From an uncultured Candidatus Saccharibacteria bacterium (GTDB lineage: Bacteria; Patescibacteriota; Minisyncoccia; Phycocordibacterales; UBA2100), in assembly GCA_964586255.1 (NCBI GenBank), contig CAZPGE010000002.1, forward strand, positions 42,065 through 106,064: a stretch of 64,000 bases of DNA, read 5' to 3'. Numbering within the stretch: position 1 is the stretch's first letter; every line of letters begins with the position of its first letter. Both the position numbers and the translations under genes were made by a program. The notes below the pieces were generated by a model that saw only the letters and a list, made by a program, of their open reading frames with translations, did not search any database and was not told the DNA's origin. This document shows, in pieces, positions 9,081-17,936 of this stretch.

Positions 9081-10888
9081 AAAAGTATCTCTTCATTCTT
9101 TTGTGCGTGTTTCTTCCGCAGGTTGCACTTGCGGGTTCGCAAACGTATTCGACTCCCGGCAGCTACTCTTTTACCGTGCCGTCGCATGGGACGCTTACAG
9201 TTACGGTGTGGGCCGGTGGTGGAGGAGCCAGCAACTATTATGCCGCCAACTATCCTGGACAAGCCGGTGGAACGTCATCTTTCAATGGAAGTGTAGTGGC
9301 ATACGGAGGCGCAACGAGCGACGTGTGCGGTTTCGGCGCTGGCGCGGGAGGAACCGCCTCGGGAGGAGACAGTAATTATACGGGTGGTGCGGGTGGTGCG
9401 GGCTCCGGGAAATCAGTCGGAGGAGTTGGAGGAAATGGCGCAAACGGTGGTGGAGCCGGGGGAGCTTATGATTACTCTACACTCAATGGTCTCCCTGGAA
9501 GCGCGCCAGGTGGCGGTGGAGCGGGACGCGCGGGCTGTGACGGCGCTGGCGGTGGCGGCGCTTCGGTTAAGACATACACATCTGGCCAACTCACCGTAGG
9601 CGGCTCCGTGTCTGTGGTTGTCGGTGCCGGTGGAGTCGCGGGGGTTGCCCCTATTTCATTGTCGGCTGGTGCCGGAGCGCCTGGTCAGGTCACCATCACC
9701 TGGACTGACCCACCTGTACCCACCTGCTCCGTCACTCTCACACCCTCCACCATCGGATACGGTTCTTCCTCCACGCTCACCTACTCTTCTACCAACGCGA
9801 CCACTCTCTATATAAACAACATCGGGTACGTGAGCACGAGTGGGGGAAGCACATCAGTCTCGCCATCGTCAACGACAAATTATTCATGCACAGCCACCGG
9901 TCCGGGGGGCACGGGCACGCAAGCGGCATCGCTCACCGTGACAGCACCGTCTGTCCCATCCGCCACCATCACCGCAAGTTCTTCTGCTATATACGTCGGA
10001 CAATCGACAGGTATCCGTGCGACATTTGCTGCCGGTTCCGGTGACACACTCACCGGAGACAACATAGATTCGCCAGTCGGCACCGGTCTCGGTGCGTCGA
10101 CCAACCCCGACGCCAACAAGTGGTACACATTCACGCCATCTTCCGCGGGCACGTACACGTTCTACGCTCGCGCAAAGAGTGCGTACTACACGTCGTGGAC
10201 CACATACGGCACCGTAGCGGTCACCGTGACGGCGGCACCCGCGTGCACACTCTCGCTCACTCCCTCCACCGTCGCACAGGGAAATTCATCTACACTCGCA
10301 TACTCGTCGAGCAACGCGACTACATTCTCTGTGAGTAGCATTGGCTCTCTCACGCCCAACATCTCCGGGAGCACCAGTGTGTCTCCGAGTGTCTCCACCA
10401 CCTACACGGGTAGTGCCACCGCCGGGGGAGTCACCAATACCTGCTCCGCCACCCTCTCTGTCTCCTGCACCGCCGCATACTCCTGCTCAAGTCAGACCAT
10501 CCAGTACACTGACGCCGCGTGTGCAGTCTCCGACGTCACCACCTGTGCCTCTCCGGCATTCTGCTCGAGCGGCTCCGCGACCTGTCTCTACGCACCCGTC
10601 GAGTACGTCGCAAGCGGAAGCCTCACTGGTCACCTCCAAGCAGCACCACAAATCGTCACGCAAGGAACAGCCACGAGGCTCTACTGGAATCTCAGCAACG
10701 TAGAGAGCTGTACCGTCACCGGTACCAACGGTGACTCATACTCCGGTGCTGCTTCTCCCACAGGAGGACGACAGACCTCCACGATTGAGCAACAGACCAT
10801 CTACACCCTTTCCTGTGCTGGCTCCGACGGCTCCAGTGTGCAGGAGACACAGACCGTGAATATACTGCCGGTGTTTAATGAGCAGTAG
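9077..10888 (+). CDS. Glycine-rich surface protein, paralog with a different N-terminal domain and identical C-terminal half (603 aa)
   Basis: MKKYLFILLCVFLPQVALAGSQTYSTPGSYSFTVPSHGTLTVTVWAGGGGA... ATGA overlap with the upstream stop. The 3' 1167 bp are identical to 7911..9077. Confidence 0.7.
   Translation: MKKYLFILLCVFLPQVALAGSQTYSTPGSYSFTVPSHGTLTVTVWAGGGGASNYYAANYPGQAGGTSSFNGSVVAYGGATSDVCGFGAGAGGTASGGDSNYTGGAGGAGSGKSVGGVGGNGANGGGAGGAYDYSTLNGLPGSAPGGGGAGRAGCDGAGGGGASVKTYTSGQLTVGGSVSVVVGAGGVAGVAPISLSAGAGAPGQVTITWTDPPVPTCSVTLTPSTIGYGSSSTLTYSSTNATTLYINNIGYVSTSGGSTSVSPSSTTNYSCTATGPGGTGTQAASLTVTAPSVPSATITASSSAIYVGQSTGIRATFAAGSGDTLTGDNIDSPVGTGLGASTNPDANKWYTFTPSSAGTYTFYARAKSAYYTSWTTYGTVAVTVTAAPACTLSLTPSTVAQGNSSTLAYSSSNATTFSVSSIGSLTPNISGSTSVSPSVSTTYTGSATAGGVTNTCSATLSVSCTAAYSCSSQTIQYTDAACAVSDVTTCASPAFCSSGSATCLYAPVEYVASGSLTGHLQAAPQIVTQGTATRLYWNLSNVESCTVTGTNGDSYSGAASPTGGRQTSTIEQQTIYTLSCAGSDGSSVQETQTVNILPVFNEQ
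9719..10885 (+). repeat. Copy 2 of the 1167-bp direct repeat
   Basis: Same as copy 1. Confidence 0.9.
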
Positions 10889-11124
10889 GGTTGGGGCCTC
10901 TGCGGAGAGGTTTTCTTGACGCTCACACCTCGTTTGCTAGTATGTGCCCACGCACGCTCTGTGCGTTTCTTTCTTGTCCTGCGTAGCCTTGCGCGAAGCA
11001 GGATGCCGAAACTTCTTTCGTGCAGACTAGCAAACTGCGCCAAGCGATAGAAGAAGGAGGGGGAGAATACCGGAGCACCCAAACGCGTTGGCATTATAAA
11101 TTACTAGGCTAATACTATATTTGT

Positions 11125-12327
11125 ATGGCAGCAGAAGAATTCAATCGAACAAAGCCGCACGTGAACGTCGGTACGATTGGTCACGTCGACCACGGAAAGA
11201 CCACGCTCACTGCAGCAATCCTCACGGTGCTCTCGAAGGCCGGCCAAGGCTACGGTGCTACGGTGAAGGGCGTCGATGACATCGACAAGGCGCCGGAAGA
11301 AAAGGCGCGCGGTATTACCATCTCGCTCTCGCACTCCGAGTACGAGACGCCGACGAGACACTACGCTCACGTCGACGCTCCTGGTCACGCCGACTACATT
11401 AAGAACATGATCACCGGTGCCGCCCAGATGGACGGCGCAATCCTCGTCATCGCAGCGTCGGACGGCGTCATGCCTCAGACACGCGAACACGTCCTCCTCG
11501 CCAAGCAGGTCGGCGTGCCAAAGATGATCGTCTTCCTCAACAAGGTAGACCAGGTGGACGACAAAGACCTCATCGACCTCGTCGAAGAGGAAGTCCGCGA
11601 CTTGCTCGAGAAGCAGGGCTTCGACGGCAAGAACACTCCGATAATCCGCGGCTCAGGCCTCAAGGCTCTCGAGAATCCGGAGCAGGGCAACGAGTGGTCG
11701 GACAAGGTCATGGAGCTCATCAAGGCGCTCGATGAATACATCCCAACACCGGAGCGCGACACCGCAAAGCCATTCCTCATGGCTATCGAAGACGTCTTCT
11801 CAATCGAAGGCCGCGGCACCGTCGTCACGGGCCGCATCGACCGCGGTATCGTGAAGGTCGGCGAAGAAGTTGAAATCATCGGTATTCACGACACAGCCAA
11901 GACGACTGTGACGGGTGTCGAAATGTTCAACAAGTCTCTCCAGCAGGGGCAGGCCGGCGACAACGCAGGCATCTTGCTCCGCGGTACCAAGAAAGACGAC
12001 GTCCACCGCGGACAGATTCTCGCGAAGCCGGGCTCTGTGAAGCCGCACACTGAATTCGAGGCAGAGGTATACATCCTCTCCAAGGAAGAAGGCGGTCGTC
12101 ACACTCCGTTCTTCTCGGGCTACAAGCCACAGTTCTACGTCCGCACCACGGACGTGACGGGCGAAGTGACCCTCAATGAGGGCGTAGAGATGGTGATGCC
12201 GGGCGACACCGTGACCTTCAAGGTCAAGCTCGTCGCTCCCATCGCCCTCGAAGACCAGATGCGCTTCGCAATCCGCGAAGGCGGCAAGACCGTCGGCGCA
12301 GGCGTCGTGACCAAAATCACCGCCTAA
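11125..12327 (+). CDS. tuf: Elongation factor Tu
   Basis: [18 protein letters not shown] and NKVD motifs. Full-length 400 aa. Confidence 0.97.
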   Translation: MAAEEFNRTKPHVNVGTIGHVDHGKTTLTAAILTVLSKAGQGYGATVKGVDDIDKAPEEKARGITISLSHSEYETPTRHYAHVDAPGHADYIKNMITGAAQMDGAILVIAASDGVMPQTREHVLLAKQVGVPKMIVFLNKVDQVDDKDLIDLVEEEVRDLLEKQGFDGKNTPIIRGSGLKALENPEQGNEWSDKVMELIKALDEYIPTPERDTAKPFLMAIEDVFSIEGRGTVVTGRIDRGIVKVGEEVEIIGIHDTAKTTVTGVEMFNKSLQQGQAGDNAGILLRGTKKDDVHRGQILAKPGSVKPHTEFEAEVYILSKEEGGRHTPFFSGYKPQFYVRTTDVTGEVTLNEGVEMVMPGDTVTFKVKLVAPIALEDQMRFAIREGGKTVGAGVVTKITA

Positions 12328-12355
12328 GCCAAGCTTCCCCTCTGGGAAACCAAAG

Positions 12356-12383
12356 AAAACCCGCCGCAAGGCGGGTTTTCTTG
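12356..12383 (+). terminator. Rho-independent terminator AAAACCCGCC-gcaa-GGCGGGTTTTCTTG
   Basis: Perfect stem plus U-tract immediately after tuf. Confidence 0.7.
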
Positions 12384-12457
12384 ATTATGCACAATGCGCC
12401 GGACAAATAGGGCTTTCTCAGAGGATATGCACAGCATCGAGTGCACACACTTGCTTA

Positions 12458-12488
12458 TGTGCACAATTCGTGACAATATATGTGCACA
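12458..12488. promoter_or_regulatory. Two copies of palindromic TGTGCACA (12458-12465, 12481-12488) plus related TGCACA motifs upstream of the fic gene; candidate operator
   Basis: Seen directly: tatgtgcacaattcgtgacaatatatgtgcacataa. Confidence 0.35.
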
Positions 12489-13594
12489 TAAGATTTATGG
12501 TATTTAACCCCCAGACACCCTTTCAAGAGCTTCCAAATATTCCACCAGAGGAAGAGCTTTTTAACGATATTTCGATATTGAAGCTAGTGAATAAGGCCAA
12601 CAGTTCATTACACGAACTGAAGGGAGCTGCGCACGTGCTCCCGAATCGTTTTATGCTCATGTCCCCATTTTCGATTCGCGAAAGCGTGGCGAGCAACAGT
12701 ATAGAGAACATTCACACGACAGTAGCTGACGCCTTGAAGGCAGATGCTCTTTACAAAGAGTCAACAGTTAAAGGGGCGAACAAGGAAACGTTGAATTATC
12801 GAGACGCGCTCATGGCAGGCTACCGACGACTAACAGAGAATGGTTTTCTCAATACAAATGACTTCATACATATACAATCGATACTCGAACCCCAGAAACA
12901 GGGAATACGCAACGTTCCAGGCGTTGCTATAAGAAATTCTGTCACGAAAGCAGTGATATATACGCCACCTGAGGGGCCTGAGCTACTCCGATCGAAACTC
13001 AAGAATCTTGAGGATTATTTCAACAGCAAGAATGGTTTTGATGACGTGGATCCGCTTATTCGAGCGGCCATTTTGCATTATCAGTTCGAGGCGATACATC
13101 CATTTCTGGACGGAAATGGAAGAACAGGAAGAATAATCCTTGTGCTGTACCTGATTGCTGTCGGAGGGCTCGATTTGCCCGTGCTCTTCCTCAGTAAATA
13201 CCTTCTAGACCACCGTGAAGATTATTACCGGCTACTTCTGAAGGTCAGCGCGGAGAATGACTGGAAAGAATGGGTCACTTTCATGCTTAAGGCTATTGAC
13301 GAGCAAGCTAAGGAAACAAGACAAAGAATCATGCAAATCAAACGCTTGATGGAGGAGTATAGGCACATTGAAGAAAGGCGAGGGTCGGCGATTATGACGG
13401 CGAAAATGATGAACTACCTCTTCGCAAACCCCTACTACACTGTCAAAACAATGACAGAAACACTGGGTGTGCATCGCAACACAGCTCGACACTATTTCGA
13501 CGAGTTACAGAGGTTGGAAATCGTCAAGAAGTTTAAGGATGGGAGAGAAAACGTTTACTACAATCAGAAATTCCTGGACATACTGAATAGCTAA
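12470..13594 (+). CDS. Fic/Doc family protein (AMPylation-type), C-terminal wHTH-like region; alternative start 12497
   Basis: Canonical Fic motif HPFLDGNGRTGR. Confidence 0.85.
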   Translation: MTIYVHIRFMVFNPQTPFQELPNIPPEEELFNDISILKLVNKANSSLHELKGAAHVLPNRFMLMSPFSIRESVASNSIENIHTTVADALKADALYKESTVKGANKETLNYRDALMAGYRRLTENGFLNTNDFIHIQSILEPQKQGIRNVPGVAIRNSVTKAVIYTPPEGPELLRSKLKNLEDYFNSKNGFDDVDPLIRAAILHYQFEAIHPFLDGNGRTGRIILVLYLIAVGGLDLPVLFLSKYLLDHREDYYRLLLKVSAENDWKEWVTFMLKAIDEQAKETRQRIMQIKRLMEEYRHIEERRGSAIMTAKMMNYLFANPYYTVKTMTETLGVHRNTARHYFDELQRLEIVKKFKDGRENVYYNQKFLDILNS

Positions 13595-13628
13595 GCATTT
13601 TGCACGGCGGATTCGGGCGGTCAAACTT

Positions 13629-13661
13629 AAAAAACGGCTTAAAAACCCCAAGAAATCAAAA
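13629..13661. repeat. Linker repeat aaaaacggcttaaaaaccccaagaaatca (copy 1; also at 16217 and degenerate at 17887)
   Basis: Exact 29-nt match with 16217..16245. Confidence 0.7.
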
Positions 13662-13747
13662 GCCCGCGGAGTTTGACCTTTGCCCTCGGGTGAGGAAAGA
13701 TACCTGCGGAGACATCTCCACAGTGGTCAACAAAAGGGGAGGACCTC

Positions 13748-13975
13748 ATGGCGCCCATTCTTCGTTCCCGACTGCAGAACCCCAAGGCGTGGTCGCACTG
13801 GTTCGCGTGGCACCCGGTGTGGACCGTGAAGTACGATGGCAACCAACGCCCGGGTCGCTGGCGTCTGGCATGGTTTCGCGAGGTGCTGTGCCGCCGGAAG
13901 CATCGCGTGACTATCGGCCCGATTTCGTTCACGCGGTGGGACTACCAGGTTGGCATGCCCGTCGGGGGCACCTGA
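13748..13975 (+). CDS. Small Trp-rich hypothetical protein (75 aa)
   Basis: Strong RBS GGGGAGGA 5 nt upstream of the ATG. Flanked by repeat elements. No recognisable homology. Confidence 0.3.
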   Translation: MAPILRSRLQNPKAWSHWFAWHPVWTVKYDGNQRPGRWRLAWFREVLCRRKHRVTIGPISFTRWDYQVGMPVGGT

Positions 13976-14005
13976 TCCGCATCGTTCTCTGGAAGCCGAC
14001 ATCAG

Positions 14006-14055
14006 CGGCCGCGTTCGCGCGGCCGTTTTGCTTTGTATAAAAAACGGCTAAGAAA
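14006..14055 (+). repeat. Recurring terminator-like element CGGCCGCGTTCGCGCGGCCG+TTTTGCTTTGTATAAAAAACGGCT (copy 1 of 4)
   Basis: GC hairpin plus T-run. Near-identical copies at 16184, 16802 and 17798, each downstream of a small gene. Confidence 0.7.
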
Positions 14056-14142
14056 TTTATCCCGTTAGAGGCGAAAGCTCTCTAATGGGACCCCAAGAAT
14101 TCATGGCGATGGATTTGGTGCCGGGAATGATATCGTAATCCT

Positions 14143-14730
14143 ATGGAATCGATATTAGATTTACCCGGGAGATTCATTATTTACGATACCGAGTACACTA
14201 CGTGGGAAGGGGCTCCGGAAAGAAAATGGAGTGGTCCCGGAGAACATAGGGAGCTCGTACAAATCGGTGCGATTGTCGTAGATGGAATCGAGATGCGCGA
14301 ACTTGAATCCTTTGAAATCTTGATGAGGCCTCGTTTAAATCCCGCGTTATCTGGTTTCTTTGTATCGCTCACTGGTATCACCCAAGAACAAGTCGATAGA
14401 TACGGTGTCGAATTCCCTCAAGCGTGGGATATATTCTCGAAGTGGCTGCATGGTCTTCCCGCATATTCTTATGGCCGTGGTGACCTGGAAGTTTTGAAAG
14501 AAAACTGCGGTATATGGCATCTCGAATTCAGACTTGATGAGAGTTTTTTTAGAGACATCTGCCCTGTCTTTGACGGAAACGGCATCGATACAAGTCAGTA
14601 CCATTCCTCTACCATTGTGACTGCATTCGGAAGCACTCCGAGAAAGGAGTCACACACCGGACTGAGTGATTCCCGGTCTATATTGGATGCGCTGAAGCTC
14701 CTGCGGGCGGTACAGCAGCACAAGTCATAA
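14143..14730 (+). CDS. DEDDh-type 3'-5' exonuclease (DnaQ-like)
   Basis: Exo I IYDTEYT. Exo III H-x4-D (HTGLSDS). Confidence 0.7.
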   Translation: MESILDLPGRFIIYDTEYTTWEGAPERKWSGPGEHRELVQIGAIVVDGIEMRELESFEILMRPRLNPALSGFFVSLTGITQEQVDRYGVEFPQAWDIFSKWLHGLPAYSYGRGDLEVLKENCGIWHLEFRLDESFFRDICPVFDGNGIDTSQYHSSTIVTAFGSTPRKESHTGLSDSRSILDALKLLRAVQQHKS

Positions 14731-14801
14731 ATTCTTGCCGCAGGAAGTGTACTGTGATATCGAGGGGGTAGGCACATTGAAACTCTAGTGAGGAGGATGA
14801 G

Positions 14802-15248
14802 ATGGTGGGAAAAGTCCGTTTTTTACCGCCGCCAAAAGGTTGTCCTGAACATCTCTCGCGTCAAGCGGAGTTGATGCACGCATTAAGGCGTTGGGCCAAT
14901 ATTGTGTACGCGCAGTACGGAGTGCCCGTGTATCTCTGCGGCTCCGTGTTGAAACATGATGTAAATGATCCTCGCGATTGGGACGTGAGGATTCGCTTAC
15001 CGAAGGCTCAGTTTGCGGTACGGTACGGATCACCTGAAGTTTGGTGGGAAGAGGGTCAAACCGGCTTCTGGTCCTCTATTAGATGGCGCTGGGTAGATGA
15101 CTGCAAGAAGCAAGCACGCAGAGGTGCAAAGTACACGGGGCTCAACATAGACTTCGAAGTACATCCGCCGATGTTTTGGGATCGTCACCGAAGCGAACCA
15201 AAGCTTCGCATCGATACTAGGAGGGAAAGATGGAAGAGAAGAACATAG
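14802..15248 (+). CDS. Putative minimal nucleotidyltransferase-fold protein
   Basis: LCGSVLKHDVNDPRDWDVRI resembles the GS...DxD NTase motif. Weak. Confidence 0.35.
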   Translation: MVGKVRFLPPPKGCPEHLSRQAELMHALRRWANIVYAQYGVPVYLCGSVLKHDVNDPRDWDVRIRLPKAQFAVRYGSPEVWWEEGQTGFWSSIRWRWVDDCKKQARRGAKYTGLNIDFEVHPPMFWDRHRSEPKLRIDTRRERWKRRT

Positions 15249-16177
15249 CACTCATCAGCAGCGCGCGTCCATCAATGCTCAGGCTCAGTCTAACTTGCGT
15301 ACTTGAGCAGACATTGCCATTCCATCGAGTTGTCGTAGTGGCATGGGGTCAAGATTTGGAGAGCGTAAGGCGTGAAGCAGAGACGCATAGTCGTGTAGAA
15401 GTGGTCACAGCGGGGAGTGTCGGCTCAGCATCAAAGCACAGAAATCTTGGTCTAGCGTACGCGAGTAAGTTCAAGCCCAAGCACGTAGCCTTCATCGATG
15501 ACGACACCTTTCTCGATAAAGCGTGGCACTTCTCAGTTGCGCGCGCCGCACAGATGTCGAAAGGTCAATGCAGTGTCGGCGGAATCGTGATGTTTGCTTC
15601 AGACTGGTCGAAGATCCAAAGTGGCGGACATGTTTTTACGTCGTATCGACCAAGAGACATTGGGTACGGAGCAGATGCGAGCGAGGACTTGTCTCCTCAG
15701 GTGCAGTACGACGATCCAGATACTTTTACCTGTCCCTGTGCAAACTCAGCATTTGTCTCTTGGACTGCACTCGAGACGATTCGACGTATCGATGGAGCAT
15801 ACTGGGATGAACGTTTCCCTCGACTGACATGCTTTGAACTAGGCTTTAAACTTCATCGCCTCGGCCAAGGATATGTAATTGCTCCAGGTGCTCTTGCAGC
15901 GCATGATGGATACCTCCATCGTAAAGCGCTTCGAAAACATGACGCGGTTGAGCAGCTGTTGTCGCGCATGCTCTTGTACCGCAAGTTCCTCCCCGCTGCA
16001 CGAGCCATAGAGGCACTGCAAGATCTGGATGCGAGGGTTGTTCGTTGGGCAACACACGGGTACCCCAGTTCTCGGCTGAATAGCAGAGAAGTCGTGGATG
16101 CTTACAACGAAGCTTTGGCATTGGCTGAGCAGTGCACATTCGACGAAAAGTGGCGCACCTTAATAGCCACGGAATGA
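15230..16177 (+). CDS. Family 2 glycosyltransferase (GT-A)
   Basis: N-terminal GT2 signature plus DxD (FIDDDTFL). Confidence 0.6.
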   Translation: MEEKNIALISSARPSMLRLSLTCVLEQTLPFHRVVVVAWGQDLESVRREAETHSRVEVVTAGSVGSASKHRNLGLAYASKFKPKHVAFIDDDTFLDKAWHFSVARAAQMSKGQCSVGGIVMFASDWSKIQSGGHVFTSYRPRDIGYGADASEDLSPQVQYDDPDTFTCPCANSAFVSWTALETIRRIDGAYWDERFPRLTCFELGFKLHRLGQGYVIAPGALAAHDGYLHRKALRKHDAVEQLLSRMLLYRKFLPAARAIEALQDLDARVVRWATHGYPSSRLNSREVVDAYNEALALAEQCTFDEKWRTLIATE

Positions 16178-16183
16178 TGGAAA

Positions 16184-16247
16184 CGGTCGCGTTCGCGCGG
16201 CCGTTTTGCTTTGTATAAAAAACGGCTTAAAAACCCCAAGAAATCAG
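16184..16247 (+). repeat. Hairpin/linker repeat copy 2 (cggTcgcgttcgcgcggccg ttttgctttgtataaaaaacggcttaaaaaccccaagaaatca)
   Basis: Direct sequence match to 14006.. and 13629.. Confidence 0.7.
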
Positions 16248-16324
16248 GGCAATAGATTCGGTGCTCGCGTGTGTTGATTTTCCGCGATTGTCGGGGCATA
16301 GTCTGCCGACGTCGGCATTAACCC

Positions 16325-16786
16325 ATGGGGGAGGCGATGATGTTGAACTTCGACGAGTTCCTTGGCATGTTCGATCCCAAGAATCCGTTCACGCCGCGTG
16401 CCGTTCGGCAGATGCGGACCTTCAACGCGGACGACTCGATGCTCTTCAAGAAAAAAAGCAACGATCTCGTAGAGGTCGTGGAGGACTTTTGCTCACGAAA
16501 GGCGTTCCCGATCGTGGACAAGCGTCTCGGTGTCGTGCTCGGTGTTGGCGATGGGTATCATCGGCTCGTGCGTGCGCTGCTGTTCAACTACAACACCAGT
16601 GACCCCAAGGAGCCCGATGTACCGCCCGCGAGTATTGAAAACGCCTCGACATGGTACCTGATGAACGGTAGCGGATACTTCATCTCCGCTATGCGCCCGA
16701 GGGTCATCGTCGCTGGCCATGAATATCGGGAAGATCGGTTCGACAAAGATCTATTCCAGCTCTACGAGGTGGACAGGACTATTTGA
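16325..16786 (+). CDS. Hypothetical protein (153 aa)
   Basis: ORF bounded by repeat elements. No recognisable motif. Confidence 0.35.
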   Translation: MGEAMMLNFDEFLGMFDPKNPFTPRAVRQMRTFNADDSMLFKKKSNDLVEVVEDFCSRKAFPIVDKRLGVVLGVGDGYHRLVRALLFNYNTSDPKEPDVPPASIENASTWYLMNGSGYFISAMRPRVIVAGHEYREDRFDKDLFQLYEVDRTI

Positions 16787-16801
16787 CGTCTCTGTCAGAA
16801 T

Positions 16802-16852
16802 GGCCGCGCGAGCGCGGCCGTTTTGCTATTACATAGAACAGTTCTCTGTAAG
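16802..16852 (+). repeat. Hairpin repeat copy 3 (GGCCGCGCGAGCGCGGCC ttttgctattacatagaacagttctctgtaa)
   Basis: Shares the catagaacNgttctctgtaa motif with 17872..17891. Confidence 0.65.
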
Positions 16853-16858
16853 TGCAAT

Positions 16859-16882
16859 CCTCATATCCTTAAGGATATGAGG
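16859..16882. promoter_or_regulatory. Perfect 24-bp palindrome CCTCATATCCTTAAGGATATGAGG
   Basis: Exact reverse-complement symmetry. Lies upstream of the 17005 small ORF. Confidence 0.5.
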
Positions 16883-17004
16883 ATATCGCATGCCCGTCTG
16901 GCGAGGGTGAAAGCAGGTCTCAATGCGGTAGTCAGGGTTTCTGTTGACAAAGCTTCGGGCAGACCGCATATTCATCGCGGCATTCCGCCGCAAGGAATAG
17001 AGAG

Positions 17005-17268
17005 ATGACTGACTTTCCGTTCGGAATCAACCCGGGGCTCCCTCTCCCGGGGAGTCTCGCACATGCGAGCGTCGAGATCGAAGGAGTAGGCGGCATGAGT
17101 TTCGCGGACCCTCAGGAATCGGTCGGCGGGCTCGTGGCGCAGGTGCTCGCAATGAGCACGGGCGAATCTCGCAACGGCGGTGTGGACTTCTTCGCGGTCA
17201 CCGCGTGGGACGCTGAAGCAGGTCACCTCACCGTCAAGTTGAACGACACCGAGGTGCGCGCCGCGTGA
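17005..17268 (+). CDS. Hypothetical small protein (87 aa)
   Basis: ORF followed by a perfect hairpin terminator. Confidence 0.3.
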   Translation: MTDFPFGINPGLPLPGSLAHASVEIEGVGGMSFADPQESVGGLVAQVLAMSTGESRNGGVDFFAVTAWDAEAGHLTVKLNDTEVRAA

Positions 17269-17300
17269 AGCGAGAATGCGCATGTACGTGCGCGAAGGCC

Positions 17301-17329
17301 GGAGCTCAGCTCCGGTCTTTTGATTTTGT
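17301..17329 (+). terminator. CCGGAGCT-c-AGCTCCGG hairpin plus TCTTTTGATTTTG
   Basis: Direct inspection. Confidence 0.5.
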
Positions 17330-17431
17330 AACACTCTAGAAGTTCGGGAGTTATGCATGTCACCGACACGGTCGTTGTTAAGGGAGTGTAGGTAGTGGGC
17401 AATTCTTGCGTCTGTCGAGCCGCGTGGCATA

Positions 17432-17770
17432 GTGCCGCTCAGGAACAACGTGCGAGGACATTCCATGCCGAAACATTTCGAGGCCGCTAAGGTCACCGAT
17501 GAAGAGTGGTCGCAAATTGAAGCAGCGTTTGCGACCAGTGCACTGGTCCGAGTTGTGAAACAGATGCGCTCTCTGAACAACGCCCCGCAGAAAGCGGGCG
17601 ACATCTTCCCGCCACATCAGGACAATTACGGACACGAGCTCGTGAATACGTTTTTGCGCAAAGGAAAGCTGTCCTTTCGGTTCACCAGGACCGAGCCGCA
17701 AAAGCAGGAGCACCGGTCCGACCGCAAGCTCGCATTTGTCCGTTGGGGCGACGCGGAGCAGGCTCCGTAA
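17432..17770 (+). CDS. Hypothetical small protein (likely start MPKHFEA at 17465)
   Basis: ORF followed by hairpin repeat copy 4. Confidence 0.3.
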   Translation: MPLRNNVRGHSMPKHFEAAKVTDEEWSQIEAAFATSALVRVVKQMRSLNNAPQKAGDIFPPHQDNYGHELVNTFLRKGKLSFRFTRTEPQKQEHRSDRKLAFVRWGDAEQAP

Positions 17771-17797
17771 GCCAAGGCTGTACATGCCTGCCGAAAG

Positions 17798-17936
17798 CGG
17801 CCGCGTTCGCGCGGCCGTTTTGTTTTTTTGCTATAGCGATGCCTCGCTGCCTACGTTTTTTCATAGAACGGTTCTCTGTAAATACCGGAAAAACGGCCTA
17901 ATCCGCCAGGTGGTGGATCCAAGAAATCAAAAGGCC
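17798..17936 (+). repeat. Composite repeat copy 4 (hairpin + catagaacggttctctgtaa + degenerate linker)
   Basis: cggccgcgttcgcgcggccg identical to the copy at 14006. Confidence 0.65.

Noticed and set aside
13600-14040. 146-aa ORF 13600..14040 and 13639..14002 minus-strand ORFs
   Set aside because: They overlap the repeat elements and each other, have no RBS, and show GC-driven open frames. Only the RBS-bearing 75-aa ORF was retained, at low confidence.
13996-17936. CRISPR array
   Set aside because: The repeats are 20-nt GC hairpins with T-tails spaced 0.6 to 2.2 kb apart, with genes between them. They lack the regular 25-40 nt repeat-spacer periodicity. They are terminator-like repeats, not CRISPR.
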